In this document: piece after piece, positions 29,569 through 39,658 of the stretch
How the letters are laid out: each line of letters starts with the position of its first letter
How positions within the stretch are numbered: position 1 is the stretch's first letter
Origin: Acidimicrobiales bacterium
GTDB taxonomy: Bacteria > Actinomycetota > Acidimicrobiia > Acidimicrobiales > Bog-793
Direction: 5' to 3'
NCBI GenBank assembly: GCA_050008715.1
Contig: JBEKMC010000005.1
Coordinates: 2,473 to 66,472 of the forward strand
DNA: 64,000 nt
The notes under the pieces: model-generated
The model's input: only the letters and a program-made list of their open reading frames with translations
What the model was told of the DNA's origin: nothing
Database searches by the model: none
Position numbers and translations under genes: made by a program

Positions 29569-32337
29569 GTGGGAGTGCCGCTGGAGCTGTCAGGCCGAGA
29601 GCGCGAGCTCACCGCCGTCGACGCCTTCCTCGAACGATCGAAGACGCGCCTGTCGGTGCTGACGTTGACGGGACCCCCGGGGATCGGGAAGACCGTCGTC
29701 TGGCGGGAGGCGTTGCGGCGTGCCGGGCTTTGCCACTACCTCGTCCTCTCTGCCCGGCCGAGTGAGGCGGAGCGGCGCCTCTCATTCGCTGGCCTCAGTG
29801 ATCTCCTGCGGCTGATGGACCCTGAAGCGTTTGGTTCGCTCGTGCCCGTTCAGCACCACGCCATCGACGTCGCCCTCATGCGCGCCGAGGCCGACGCCCA
29901 CGTCTTCCAACAAGGTGCGATCCCGGCCGCCGTGCTCTCCCTGCTCGAGTCGGCCGCCGCCGCCCGGCCCGTGATCGTCGGCGTCGACGACGCGCAATGG
30001 CTCGACCACGAGACGGCTGGGTGTCTGTCCTTCGTCCTGCGGCGTCTCGATCGACTGCCCGTTGGCGTGGTCGTCACCGTTCGACGCGAGGAGGAGCGAC
30101 CGGCCACCTTCGAGTCCGCCATCGCCGGCGACGAGCGACAGGAGCTCGTCCTCGGCCCGCTGAGCGTCGCCAGCCTTCACGAGATCCTGAAACGGCAGCT
30201 CGGGCAGGTGCTTCCTCGGCCCGTACTGGTCCGGATTGCCAACTCCTCCGGCGGCAACCCTTTCTACGCCTTGGAGATCGGGCGCGAGCTGGCGCGAGTC
30301 GGCGTCCCGCGCCTGGGCGAGCCCCTGCCGGTGCCGGCAGAGCTGCAGACGCTCGTACGCTCCCGGATGCGCCGCCTGCCGAGCCGGACGAGGGAGGCGT
30401 TGCTCGTCGCCGCCTGCTTGTCGCAACCGACAACCCTCAGCGTCGACGCCGACGCCCTCGGTCCAGCCGAGGAAGCGGGCATCACCCGGATCGAGGCCGA
30501 GGGCCGAGTTCGCTTCAGCCACCCGCTCCTCGCAGCCGCCGTGCGCGACTCCGCCTCACCGTCGCGGCGGCGAGCCGTGCACCGTTTGCTCGCCAATCTG
30601 GACCCTGACCCCGAGGAGCGAGCTCGTCACGCCGCTTTCGCGGCGGCTGCTCCGGACGAGTCCGTCGCCTCGGCACTGGACGCCGCCGCCGAACACGCCA
30701 CCTCCCGCGGGGCGACGTCTGCGGCCATAGAACTGTCCCGCCGGGCGATCGAGCAGACACCCGACGGGTTCGACAACGCCCGCGTGCGACGGGTGCTCTC
30801 GTTCGCCCAGCACAGCGTCTTCGGTGGTGGAGACGTCTCGGACGCGAAGGCGGCCCTCGAGCGCAGCTTGTCAACGCTTGACGACGAGCTGCGGGCGGAG
30901 CTGCGGCTGTGGCTGGCCATAGTCGCCCGAGGCGAAGGCCGTCCCCAAGCCGGTTACCCGCAGCTGCTCAGGGCACTCGAGGAAGCTCAGGACCCGAGGC
31001 TGACCGCCCGCATCCATCTCCAGGCTATGTGGATGTCGGAGTGGGACCCGATCCGCGGTCTCAGCCACTGCGAAGCCATGCTGGAACTGCTCGATCCAGC
31101 GACCGATCCCGGCCTCTACGCCGGCGGCATCCTCATGCAGGCGTACTTCCGCCTGCTCAGCGGCCAGGGCGCCGACGACGACGCCGTACAGCGCGGGCGG
31201 GCGATAGAGGATGCTGAGGTCGATCCGCGCGAACGGAGCCCGGTGCCGATCATCTGGCCGCTTCTCAAGGACGATCTCGCCTCCGCCGTGACGGTGCACA
31301 CGAAGCATCTGGAATGGGCTCACGACATTGGGGACCAGGCGCTGGAGATGTCCATGGCCTGGTACCTCGGGTACCTGGAGATGTGGAGGGGTCGGGCGAG
31401 CAGAGCGGAGGAGTGGGCGAGCCATCTGGAGCGGCTCGTCGAGCAATGCGACCCGAGCTTCTCCTGGGGAGACAACCTCCTCCCCACCCTCAGGGGCATG
31501 CTGGAAGCGCGTGCCGGCCGGTTCGACTCGGCCAGGGAGGCGGCGGAGGCGGCGCTCGCTCACTGCGCTCGCATCGGCCGAGCGGAGGAGATCCCTGCGC
31601 GAGAGGTGCTCGGCTTCGTGGCCCTGTCCAACGGTGACTTCACGGGAGTTGTCCGAGAGCTCGGCCCGGCCGACGAGGCGCTGCAGGACCTCGGTCAGCG
31701 CGAGCCGGCGCAGACGCGCTTTCACCCAGACCTGATCGAGGCGCTCATCACGCTCGGCGAGCTGAACCGCGCCGGGGAAGTGCTCGAGCGCTTGGAGGAG
31801 CGCGGGCGTAACTTCCCGCGACCCTGGGTTCTCGCCACCGGGGCTCGCTGCCGAGCGCTGCTGTCCGCAGCCGAGGGTGACCTCGACGGGGCGATCGCCT
31901 CGACGCTCCGGGCGATCCGCTTCCACGAGGACCTCGAGATGCCCTTCGAGCGTGCGCGCACGCTGCTTGTCCACGGACAGTTGCTGCGACGGCGCAAGGA
32001 GCGGCGGCGAGCGCGTACCGTCCTCGAGGAGGCGCAGTCGCTCTTCGAGCAGCTCGGCGCTCCCTTGTGGGCCGGCCGTGCTGTCGAGGAGCTGCAAAGA
32101 ATTCCCGTCCGGCGCTCACCGGCCGAGCTGACGGTGACCGAGGACGCCGTTGCCCGCCTCGCCGCCACGGGCTTGACGAACCGCCAGATCGCCGATCGTG
32201 CCTTCCTCAGCCCGAAGACCGTCGAGGGCAATCTCGCCAGGATCTACATGAAGCTCGGCATTCGCTCTCGCGCCGAGTTGGGACGCGCCATTGCCGAACG
32301 GGAAGCCCGTTCCCGGATCCCGGCGGGGGAGCCCTGA
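29569..32337 (+). CDS. Large ATP-binding LuxR-family (LAL/MalT-like) regulator
   Basis: GPPGIGKT Walker A, VDDAQWLD, GGNPFYA, C-terminal LuxR HTH (GLTNRQIA..LSPKTVE). Confidence 0.93.
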   Translation: MGVPLELSGRERELTAVDAFLERSKTRLSVLTLTGPPGIGKTVVWREALRRAGLCHYLVLSARPSEAERRLSFAGLSDLLRLMDPEAFGSLVPVQHHAIDVALMRAEADAHVFQQGAIPAAVLSLLESAAAARPVIVGVDDAQWLDHETAGCLSFVLRRLDRLPVGVVVTVRREEERPATFESAIAGDERQELVLGPLSVASLHEILKRQLGQVLPRPVLVRIANSSGGNPFYALEIGRELARVGVPRLGEPLPVPAELQTLVRSRMRRLPSRTREALLVAACLSQPTTLSVDADALGPAEEAGITRIEAEGRVRFSHPLLAAAVRDSASPSRRRAVHRLLANLDPDPEERARHAAFAAAAPDESVASALDAAAEHATSRGATSAAIELSRRAIEQTPDGFDNARVRRVLSFAQHSVFGGGDVSDAKAALERSLSTLDDELRAELRLWLAIVARGEGRPQAGYPQLLRALEEAQDPRLTARIHLQAMWMSEWDPIRGLSHCEAMLELLDPATDPGLYAGGILMQAYFRLLSGQGADDDAVQRGRAIEDAEVDPRERSPVPIIWPLLKDDLASAVTVHTKHLEWAHDIGDQALEMSMAWYLGYLEMWRGRASRAEEWASHLERLVEQCDPSFSWGDNLLPTLRGMLEARAGRFDSAREAAEAALAHCARIGRAEEIPAREVLGFVALSNGDFTGVVRELGPADEALQDLGQREPAQTRFHPDLIEALITLGELNRAGEVLERLEERGRNFPRPWVLATGARCRALLSAAEGDLDGAIASTLRAIRFHEDLEMPFERARTLLVHGQLLRRRKERRRARTVLEEAQSLFEQLGAPLWAGRAVEELQRIPVRRSPAELTVTEDAVARLAATGLTNRQIADRAFLSPKTVEGNLARIYMKLGIRSRAELGRAIAEREARSRIPAGEP

Positions 32338-32343
32338 TGGCGC

Positions 32344-33015
32344 TTACGCCGGCGACTCCTCGAATTCCACCCGCATCACGACACGCCGCGGACTGGGGTG
32401 GCTGACTTCGGTGAATCCTGCCTCGGCGAACACCTGGCGGCTTCCGACGTGCAGCTCACCCCAGGTGATCTCCTGGCCGGGAACGGTGATCATCGGATAG
32501 GCCTCCAGCGCCCGTGCGCCCCGGTCGCGGGCGTACTCGACCGTGGCGGCGGCAAGCGCGTAGGTGAGCCCACGCTTGCGGTAGCCCTTGCGGGTCACGA
32601 AGCACGTGACGGCCCAGATGCCCTCGTCCGACTTGTCCTCGTGGCGGTCAGCCCACACCGTTCGCATTCGCACGAGGCGGAGGTAGCCGAAGCGTGGCTC
32701 GACGGCCACCCATCCGACCGGCTCTTTGCCGAGGTAGGCCACGAGCCCTGTCGTCTGAGCGGCTCGAGCGTTGCCACAGTTCGTCTGCTCGCGCAGGCGG
32801 TCTTGCCGTTCCTGGCCGCTCAAAGAGGCCCAGTGGCAGTCCCGCGTCTTGAAGCGCTGGCAGTAGCACATGCCCGGATAGTCCGCCGTGCCGAAGATCG
32901 CCTGGAGATCCTCCCAGGACGCCTTGTTGGCTGGCCGGACCTTCACCTGGGTCGGGAGGATGGGGCCGCCGGATCGGGCCTGCGACCCGGCGAGCTTCGG
33001 ACCTGCCGGACTCAT
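32344..33015 (-). CDS. GNAT family N-acetyltransferase
   Basis: CYCQ, PVGWVAVEPR, TCFVTRKGYRKRG, LEAYP. Confidence 0.88.
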   Translation of the reverse strand: MSPAGPKLAGSQARSGGPILPTQVKVRPANKASWEDLQAIFGTADYPGMCYCQRFKTRDCHWASLSGQERQDRLREQTNCGNARAAQTTGLVAYLGKEPVGWVAVEPRFGYLRLVRMRTVWADRHEDKSDEGIWAVTCFVTRKGYRKRGLTYALAAATVEYARDRGARALEAYPMITVPGQEITWGELHVGSRQVFAEAGFTEVSHPSPRRVVMRVEFEESPA

Positions 33016-33098
33016 TCGGGGTCCTCTCCGACGAGGCCGTCAATCGACTCCCGGATGAGATCCGCGTGACCGATATGGCGTATCAGATCGCTGTCCAT
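33012..33098 (-). pseudogene. Internally deleted DinB/DUF664 gene
   Basis: MDSDLIRHIGHADLIRESIDGLVGEDPE matches the DinB C-terminal RHxGHADxxRExIDG motif. Confidence 0.7.
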
Positions 33099-33120
33099 GA
33101 ACGCGATGGTAATCTCTATC

Positions 33121-33139
33121 CCGGACGAAAGGCTTCCGG
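33121..33139. promoter_or_regulatory. Putative WYL regulator operator
   Basis: CCGGA-N9-TCCGG palindrome between divergent starts. Confidence 0.45.
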
Positions 33140-33140
33140 A

Positions 33141-34109
33141 ATGCGCACGGCCGCACATGACATGAGTCCCACGGCCAGGGCATTGCTCGCGCTGGAAGCA
33201 ATCCAGAACGCTCCTGGCATCACAGCACAGCGCTTGGGTGACCGCCTCGGGGTGACTGAGCGTGCCGCTCGTCGCTACGTGGCGATCCTTCGCGAGGCGG
33301 GACTGTCGATCGACTCCGTCAGCGGACCCTACGGCGGCTACCGAGTGGGACGCGGTGTCCTCATCCCGCCACTCATGCTCACTGCTGCGGAGGCGATGGG
33401 ACTTGTGATGGCCGTACTGGAGGGCCATCGCGGCGCCGCCGACCCAGTCGACGTGGTCGGTGGGGCGCTTGCCAAGATCGTGAGGGTACTGCCGGAAAGG
33501 ATCGCCGGCGGGGTGCGATCTTTCCGTGAGATCTCCGCGCTCGGCACCACACGGCAACCACCGGTCAGCCCGGAGCTGACCACGAGCCTGATCGAGGCGT
33601 GCGCTTCGGGACGGCGGCTACGGCTCCTCTATCGAGTGGGCGGGACGGCCGAACGGACGATGGACGTCGACCCGTGGTCCGTCGTACTGCGACACAGCCG
33701 GTGGTACCTCCTGGGCTGGTCTCACACCCGACAAGGACAGCGCGTGCTGCGAGTCGACCGCATCGTCACGAGCGAGGCCTTGGCCGACACCTTCGTCCCG
33801 CCGCCGGATCTGGACCCCATGCGCACACTGGAGGACCATCTGTCCCAAGGCTGGACCTATCCGGTCGACGTCCTCGTCGACGCCACTCTCGAGGAGACGG
33901 CGCGCTGGGTGCCGAGGAGCCTCGGCCACTTGGAGTCGGATGACGACGAGCGGACTCGCCTTCGGGCGACGACGGACGAACCGGAGTGGTATGCCCGCCA
34001 GCTCGCCGCCATCGCTGCGCCGTTTCGAATCCTCGGCTCACCCGAGCTGCAGCGCGCCGCTGCCGACCTCGGCGCGTGCCTCCTGCAGGCCGCCGGAGGA
34101 TCGTCCTGA
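33141..34109 (+). CDS. HTH-WYL transcriptional regulator (YafY-like)
   Basis: wHTH, GPYGGYR, RWYLLGW, RVDRI; start 33141 or 33162. Confidence 0.92.
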   Translation: MRTAAHDMSPTARALLALEAIQNAPGITAQRLGDRLGVTERAARRYVAILREAGLSIDSVSGPYGGYRVGRGVLIPPLMLTAAEAMGLVMAVLEGHRGAADPVDVVGGALAKIVRVLPERIAGGVRSFREISALGTTRQPPVSPELTTSLIEACASGRRLRLLYRVGGTAERTMDVDPWSVVLRHSRWYLLGWSHTRQGQRVLRVDRIVTSEALADTFVPPPDLDPMRTLEDHLSQGWTYPVDVLVDATLEETARWVPRSLGHLESDDDERTRLRATTDEPEWYARQLAAIAAPFRILGSPELQRAAADLGACLLQAAGGSS

Positions 34110-34138
34110 CAGGACCTTCGAGACGATCTCGACGAGAG

Positions 34139-36094
34139 TCATGCTCGGTTGTGCTGGGCCGTCACGTTCCAACCCGGCGCCGGCGAATACCGGCACGTGA
34201 CACCCGTCACGAGGCTTGCCTGGAGGTGGTGGCCAAGCGCGGGCTCGACGGCCTCAATCGCAGTCACTGCACGGATCAGCGCCTTCCGGACAGCAGTTCG
34301 CGCGCGCTCGTCGTCATTCGGAAACGCTCGAGTCCGTCCGCCCAGTCCGACAAGAGATCGGAGTGCGGCCGTCAGCGCTGCCAACTCCTGTTGGTAGCGA
34401 TCGGCGACGGCGGGCGCGAGGTCGTCTCGCCGAATCATCGTGCTGAGCTCCCGGGCACGTTCCCGGTAGTCGGCGAGGGCTCGCTCGTCTACGACGGCGT
34501 CCGGGCGGCTGGCCCGCGAGCGGGCACCGGACACAAGACTCAACACGTCGACGTCTTGACCGGGACGAGCGATCAGGTCGAGGAGATAGGCGAAGCCCAC
34601 GCGATCGGGCAGCAACGTCGCCCGGCCATCGACTGCGAGCCGAAAGCCGCCGAGGCACGACTGGAGGGACGCTTCCCGCGAGCGCCCGGCCGCCCGGCGC
34701 GAAAGGCTGTCGGCGGTGATCCAATGAGGGAAAGCAGGAAGCACCATGCCGATTCGTTGGGCCCGATCTTCGGCGCGCTGCGCCAGTTGTTCGGCTCGAG
34801 CCTGATCTCCGTGTCCTCCGTCGACGAGCAGGACGGAGGCGAGGGTGTGCTCGGTGAGCAAAGCCATCGGACGGTTCCCGAGACGACGATCGGCACGAAT
34901 CGCCGCGTCCAGGTGGTGCACGGCGGCGTCAATCCGGCCCGTCGTAGCTGCGCAGAGACCAAGGGAGCGTTCGGCCGAGCCGAAGCACACCACGGCCAGG
35001 GAAGGCATGACCGGGAGATGGGCATATGGCGCCAGGAGCTCAGCCGTACTCGCGGCCGCCTGGGCGTCGCCGAGGAGGTATGCGGTCTCGGCGACGAGAA
35101 ACTGCGTGGTCAGCCAACTACTCGAGTCGGGCAGCCTTTCGAGGCCGAGCCCACTGAGCCGAGCCAAGGCCTCCTCCGCTGAATCGAAGTCAGCGACCGT
35201 TGCGGAAAGAAGGGCATCTGCAGCTACGTACACGTGGTCGTTGAAGCCGAGGCGAGGAGAAGTCGAGATCGTCCGGACCAGTTCGATGACCTCTTCGGCT
35301 CGACCCTGCCACCATCGCAAGGCGGCCAGCATGGCGCCGAAGTAGGCGGGGGCATCGGGATCACCGGCTGTCGTGCCCCGCTCGAGCGCGCTCATTGCGG
35401 CGGCTTCCGCCTTCTCGAAGCGTCCGGCCCTGGCCGAGACCATCGCCCCGAGAACGTCCGCGACGAAGCGGAGCGCTTCGCAGGCCCCGGCCGTTGAGCG
35501 TTCCCGCAGTTCCTCGAGGGACTGGCCGGCACGGGGATCACCGAGCAGGTAGAGGTCGACGGTCCGCCAGCAGAGACCCATCAACGGGAGGAGGGCGTCG
35601 CCCGACCTGGCGCCCAGGCGCACGATCTCGTCGGCCAGGCCGAGGCGGGTTTCGGCGTACCGAGGACCGAGCTGCACGTTGTGGAGCAACGAGAGCGCCT
35701 CGCCGATCGCTGCCTCGTCGTCGAACGTGCGGACGACGCCGACTGCGGCCATTACGTCCTCGACCGGTGCTCCCTCATAGACGCCTTCCGCCGCTTGACG
35801 CACAGACAGGCGTGCCTCTTCCAGCGAGCCGACGGGAGCAAGCCTGCGCGCCCGCTGCCAGAGCGCATCGACGGCCGCTCGGGCGACAACATCGCGCTGC
35901 TCGTGGACCCAGATTCCGCCTACGCCCAAGGCTGCCGTGACAAATGCTGAGGAATCCCCGGCCACGTCGGCGGCTTTGGCGGACGCCATGAAGCCTTCCC
36001 GAGCGTCTGCCAGGCTCCCGCGGCGGCGGCAACTCTCTGCCGCTTCGAGAAGCGGCGTGATCCTCATCCCGTCGTCGCCCATGCTGACAGCCAT
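34139..36094 (-). CDS. TPR-like regulator resembling the C-terminal half of AAA/STAND regulators
   Basis: Helical repeats; terminal ERARTAVRKAL..LGHHL..TGVTCRY motif; no Walker A. Confidence 0.7.
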   Translation of the reverse strand: MAVSMGDDGMRITPLLEAAESCRRRGSLADAREGFMASAKAADVAGDSSAFVTAALGVGGIWVHEQRDVVARAAVDALWQRARRLAPVGSLEEARLSVRQAAEGVYEGAPVEDVMAAVGVVRTFDDEAAIGEALSLLHNVQLGPRYAETRLGLADEIVRLGARSGDALLPLMGLCWRTVDLYLLGDPRAGQSLEELRERSTAGACEALRFVADVLGAMVSARAGRFEKAEAAAMSALERGTTAGDPDAPAYFGAMLAALRWWQGRAEEVIELVRTISTSPRLGFNDHVYVAADALLSATVADFDSAEEALARLSGLGLERLPDSSSWLTTQFLVAETAYLLGDAQAAASTAELLAPYAHLPVMPSLAVVCFGSAERSLGLCAATTGRIDAAVHHLDAAIRADRRLGNRPMALLTEHTLASVLLVDGGHGDQARAEQLAQRAEDRAQRIGMVLPAFPHWITADSLSRRAAGRSREASLQSCLGGFRLAVDGRATLLPDRVGFAYLLDLIARPGQDVDVLSLVSGARSRASRPDAVVDERALADYRERARELSTMIRRDDLAPAVADRYQQELAALTAALRSLVGLGGRTRAFPNDDERARTAVRKALIRAVTAIEAVEPALGHHLQASLVTGVTCRYSPAPGWNVTAQHNRA

Positions 36095-36271
36095 ACCCGG
36101 AGCTTAGGGACCGTGCCATCACATGGCACACAGACGTCACGCGGTAAGTCGCCATGCTGGGAGCACCCAAGCGGCCGTCCAGAACTCGAAGGCCGGGACC
36201 GGACGTGGCCTTCGTGTGATGAGCAACGGTTGCCCACCGACGTGGCGGAGCGGCGGAGCGGACCGGACTGC

Positions 36272-37414
36272 TCAGCTCTTGTGCGGGCAGATGAGGTACT
36301 TCTCGCCGGTCGCCTGAAGGACGTAGACCGAAAAGGCGTCCGGTTGCAGTGCCTCTGAGAGCGAGACCTCCCTCGTGTACGAGCTCGCGAACGTGGTGTG
36401 GAGCTCCGCTGCCACCCGCGCTCGCAGGCTGCGGAACGCCTCGGGCCCGATGCTCTGGAGGAACGGGGTGAGGAGCCATCCGCCTACGCCCCACGCCATG
36501 CCGAAATTCCGGTTGAGCAGCGTGGCCGACCGATCCAGGCCACCGTAGATGTACACCTGCTTGTGGGTGGTCGAGCCGTACCTCGAATACTGCCCGTCCG
36601 TTCGGCTCAGGGCGGACTCCATGCACGTCAGTATCCGTCCGGCCAGCTCACCCCCGCCGACGGCATCGAAGGCCAAGGTGGCCGACGTCTCCGCAAGCGC
36701 ATCGGTGAGCTCCGCCATGAACGACGGAGAGGTCGAGTTGCACACCTTCGGTGCGCCGATCTCCCGCAGGATCTCTTCCTGCTCGGGTTTGCGGACGATG
36801 TTGACGAGCGGCACCTGCTCCTCGAGGCACAGCTTGACGAGCATCTGGCCCAGGTTGGAGGCGGCGGCCGTGTGAACGAGGGCGCGATGGCCCTCCCGGC
36901 GCATCGTCCCGACCATGCCGAGGGCCGTCAGCGGGTTGACGAACGAAGAGGCGCCGACGCTCGCTGCCGTGCCGTCCGGTAACACGAGGCACACCGACGC
37001 GTCGACGCAGCGGTACTGGGCGAACATGGAGCCCCCGGCGAGAGAAACCGTCTTCCCCACGAGCGCCTGAGCCTCCGGCGCGGGCCCGGCGTCGACGATC
37101 GTGCCCGCCCCCTCGTTGCCCACAGGGAGCGACGCCCCGATGCGGCCACCGAGGGCCCGCAGTGCCGGCGGAGGAATGGTGGCGGTGACCACCGGGCTGT
37201 CCGGCGGGCCGGAGACCGTCGCTGTGGACATGTCCGCTCCCGCCAACAGGAGGCCGAGATCCGATGGATTGATCGGGGAAGCCTCCACTCGGATGAGCAC
37301 CTCGTTCTCCTTCGGTTCCGGAACCGGGACTTCTCGCAAGGACAGTTCGAGCGTCCCGTCCTCGCGCACCAAAGAACGCAGTTCCTTCGCCGTTTCCGGC
37401 CGGGATGTGGTCAT
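36272..37414 (-). CDS. MDR superfamily NAD(P)H oxidoreductase
   Basis: ASPINPSD, GNEGAG, FVNPLTA, HTAAASNLG. Confidence 0.9.
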   Translation of the reverse strand: MTTSRPETAKELRSLVREDGTLELSLREVPVPEPKENEVLIRVEASPINPSDLGLLLAGADMSTATVSGPPDSPVVTATIPPPALRALGGRIGASLPVGNEGAGTIVDAGPAPEAQALVGKTVSLAGGSMFAQYRCVDASVCLVLPDGTAASVGASSFVNPLTALGMVGTMRREGHRALVHTAAASNLGQMLVKLCLEEQVPLVNIVRKPEQEEILREIGAPKVCNSTSPSFMAELTDALAETSATLAFDAVGGGELAGRILTCMESALSRTDGQYSRYGSTTHKQVYIYGGLDRSATLLNRNFGMAWGVGGWLLTPFLQSIGPEAFRSLRARVAAELHTTFASSYTREVSLSEALQPDAFSVYVLQATGEKYLICPHKS

Positions 37415-37528
37415 GATCGTCTTCGTCCCTCTTCAGCATTCGGGGAGCAGGAGCAGCGTCAGGCTAGGGCAGGTCGGCGGCTCTCCCTCGTGCGATGATC
37501 GTTCCAAGCTGCGACAAGGAGGAAGTAG

Positions 37529-38197
37529 ATGGATCGTGACATCGTCGAGCAGGTCGTCGAGGTCGCCAGGCGGGTCGTCCACAGCGGGGCGATCTCGGTC
37601 AACGCGCACGGCAATGTCAGTCTGCGCGCGGCAGGCGAGGACGAGATCTACTTCACCGGCGGACCGTCGCTTCGCGACCACCCGGCGGAGGCAGTGGTCC
37701 GGATCGGCCTGGACGGCGTGCTCCGCGAGGGCGTGTTGCCTCCGATTCAAGGCGCCGTCGTCGCGATGCATACGGCCATGTATGCCGAGCAGTCTGATGT
37801 CGGCTGTGTGATCCACACTCATTCGCCGTTCGCCACCGCCTACGCAGTGGCGCACCGGCCCATCGGCTGCTGGGTCGAGGCATTGGCGATGTTCGGGCTG
37901 CCCGACGGCGTGCCGGTGGCCACGTACGCCCCTCGAGGATCGGACCAGGCGGTCGCGAACATCCGCGCCGCGGTCGTCCCAGGCGTACCCGCCGTCTTGC
38001 TGGCCAACCACGGCGTGTTGGTGTTCCACCGCACTCCGGAGCTCGCCGTCATGGTGGGTGGCGTCGTCGAGGAGGCCGCCCAGGCGGGCATCAACGCGGT
38101 CGCTCTTGGAGGCGCCGTGGAGATACCCGCCGATATGAAGGCGGCTGCCCTTCAGCGCGCCATGGTCTTCGAACATCGGGGGACGGCCTCGGCTTGA
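37529..38197 (+). CDS. Class II aldolase/adducin family protein
   Basis: GNVS, HTHS, LLANHG metal-binding motifs. Confidence 0.9.
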   Translation: MDRDIVEQVVEVARRVVHSGAISVNAHGNVSLRAAGEDEIYFTGGPSLRDHPAEAVVRIGLDGVLREGVLPPIQGAVVAMHTAMYAEQSDVGCVIHTHSPFATAYAVAHRPIGCWVEALAMFGLPDGVPVATYAPRGSDQAVANIRAAVVPGVPAVLLANHGVLVFHRTPELAVMVGGVVEEAAQAGINAVALGGAVEIPADMKAAALQRAMVFEHRGTASA

Positions 38198-38277
38198 CAA
38201 GCATCGCTCGGCGGAGCTCAGCGGTGTCGTGGACCTGGGCGACAACCATCCGCCGCGGTCGCACGGTTCGTACCCCT

Positions 38278-39459
38278 TCAGGCGCGGTGACCCCGGGCCG
38301 GCTCGAGGAGCGGGGCGAGCGAACGCACTTGCACGGTGTCGCTCGCGTTGCCGAGGAACGGGAGGCCCCAGTTCATCTCGATCGTCTGCAGCAGGGAGTA
38401 GTGGTTGGTCGGTGCTGAATCAGTGCGTCCCCTCGCGCCGTTCCTCGCCACGACGATCATCGGCACATGACCGCCACCGTAGAGGGTGCCGCCGGCTAGG
38501 TCGCCGCCGCCGCCAGTAGCCGGGTTCGGTGCCGTCGTAGGCAGCACCGGCGAGTCGCAACAACCGCTGTCGTCCGTCGGTCCATAGGGCGACGCGTCCT
38601 CATAGCCACCTTCGTCCCACATGACGAAGATGGCCGAGTTGCCCGTCCAGGCCGGCGACTTCATGATCGCCGTCACCCAGGTGTTCAGGAACGAGTCGCC
38701 ATCCTGGTAGAGCGTCGCCTGTGCAGGATCCGTCGGTGAGTTCGGGTAGGGGCATGCTGGAGCGCCGCCGTGCATGTCGCTACAGATGTTGGGCGTGATC
38801 CACGAGAACTGCGACACGTTGCCGTCTTTGAGGTCGGCGCTCAACTGGGTGAGCGGGACGACCTTGTCCGCCCGCTTCGGGTTGTCGAAGACGTCCGGGT
38901 ACTGCATGAAGGGGTTGTGCTTCCGGACGTACAGCGCAGTTCCCGTGTCGTTGTTGGTGCAGTCAGGGTCGTTGGTGCAGTCCCCGTAGTTACCGGCGTA
39001 GCCGACCGTCGGCATCGACTCCATGTAACCCTTCCAGCTGACGCCTGCACGGTCGAGCTGGTCCACGAGGTTCAGGTGGTTGAAGTACCCCTCGTCTGCT
39101 TGAGCCTCGTCGTCGGCGTTGGAACCCCACGTGCTTCCGCTCGTCACCGCGACGTAGTTGGGAAGGCTCGTGTGGGTCACCCCGTAGTAATTGGTCTCGA
39201 GACCGTAGGTCGTAGCCAATCCTTGGATGAAGGTCGTGTTCGGGTTGGCGGAGCTGAGCAGGTCCGAATACGACGTGTTCTCCATCATGATCACAAACAC
39301 GTGGTTCATGTGGGGGAACGGACTATGGCCGTGGCCGTGGTGTGCGGGCGCGCTGGCGCTCGGGCCGGAGGCGATAGCCGGCACGCTGAGCCCAGCGCCC
39401 AGTCCCAGGAGGACCGATGCGCCGGCAACCAGTGCGGCGCTGTGAAGGCGAATACGCAT
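38278..39459 (-). CDS. Secreted phosphoesterase (acid phosphatase/PLC family)
   Basis: HVFVIMMEN, THTSLPNY, YVRKHNPF, DMHG, WDEG, NHYSLL; GAGGAG RBS. Confidence 0.9.
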   Translation of the reverse strand: MRIRLHSAALVAGASVLLGLGAGLSVPAIASGPSASAPAHHGHGHSPFPHMNHVFVIMMENTSYSDLLSSANPNTTFIQGLATTYGLETNYYGVTHTSLPNYVAVTSGSTWGSNADDEAQADEGYFNHLNLVDQLDRAGVSWKGYMESMPTVGYAGNYGDCTNDPDCTNNDTGTALYVRKHNPFMQYPDVFDNPKRADKVVPLTQLSADLKDGNVSQFSWITPNICSDMHGGAPACPYPNSPTDPAQATLYQDGDSFLNTWVTAIMKSPAWTGNSAIFVMWDEGGYEDASPYGPTDDSGCCDSPVLPTTAPNPATGGGGDLAGGTLYGGGHVPMIVVARNGARGRTDSAPTNHYSLLQTIEMNWGLPFLGNASDTVQVRSLAPLLEPARGHRA

Positions 39460-39658
39460 GGATGCTCCTCTCGCTGAACAGGGCACGGCGCGAGCGGGAG
39501 CCCAACCGTCGGCAACGGCCCGCGTTCGCTTGTCTACCGCGGGACTTGGACGGATGCAATGGCCAAGTTGAAGAGGCGCGCACCACCATGTCGGTAGCCG
39601 TGGTGCCCGCGGTGATGATCGAGACGGGGCTGAATCGGCACGACCTCGGTGGCCTGAC

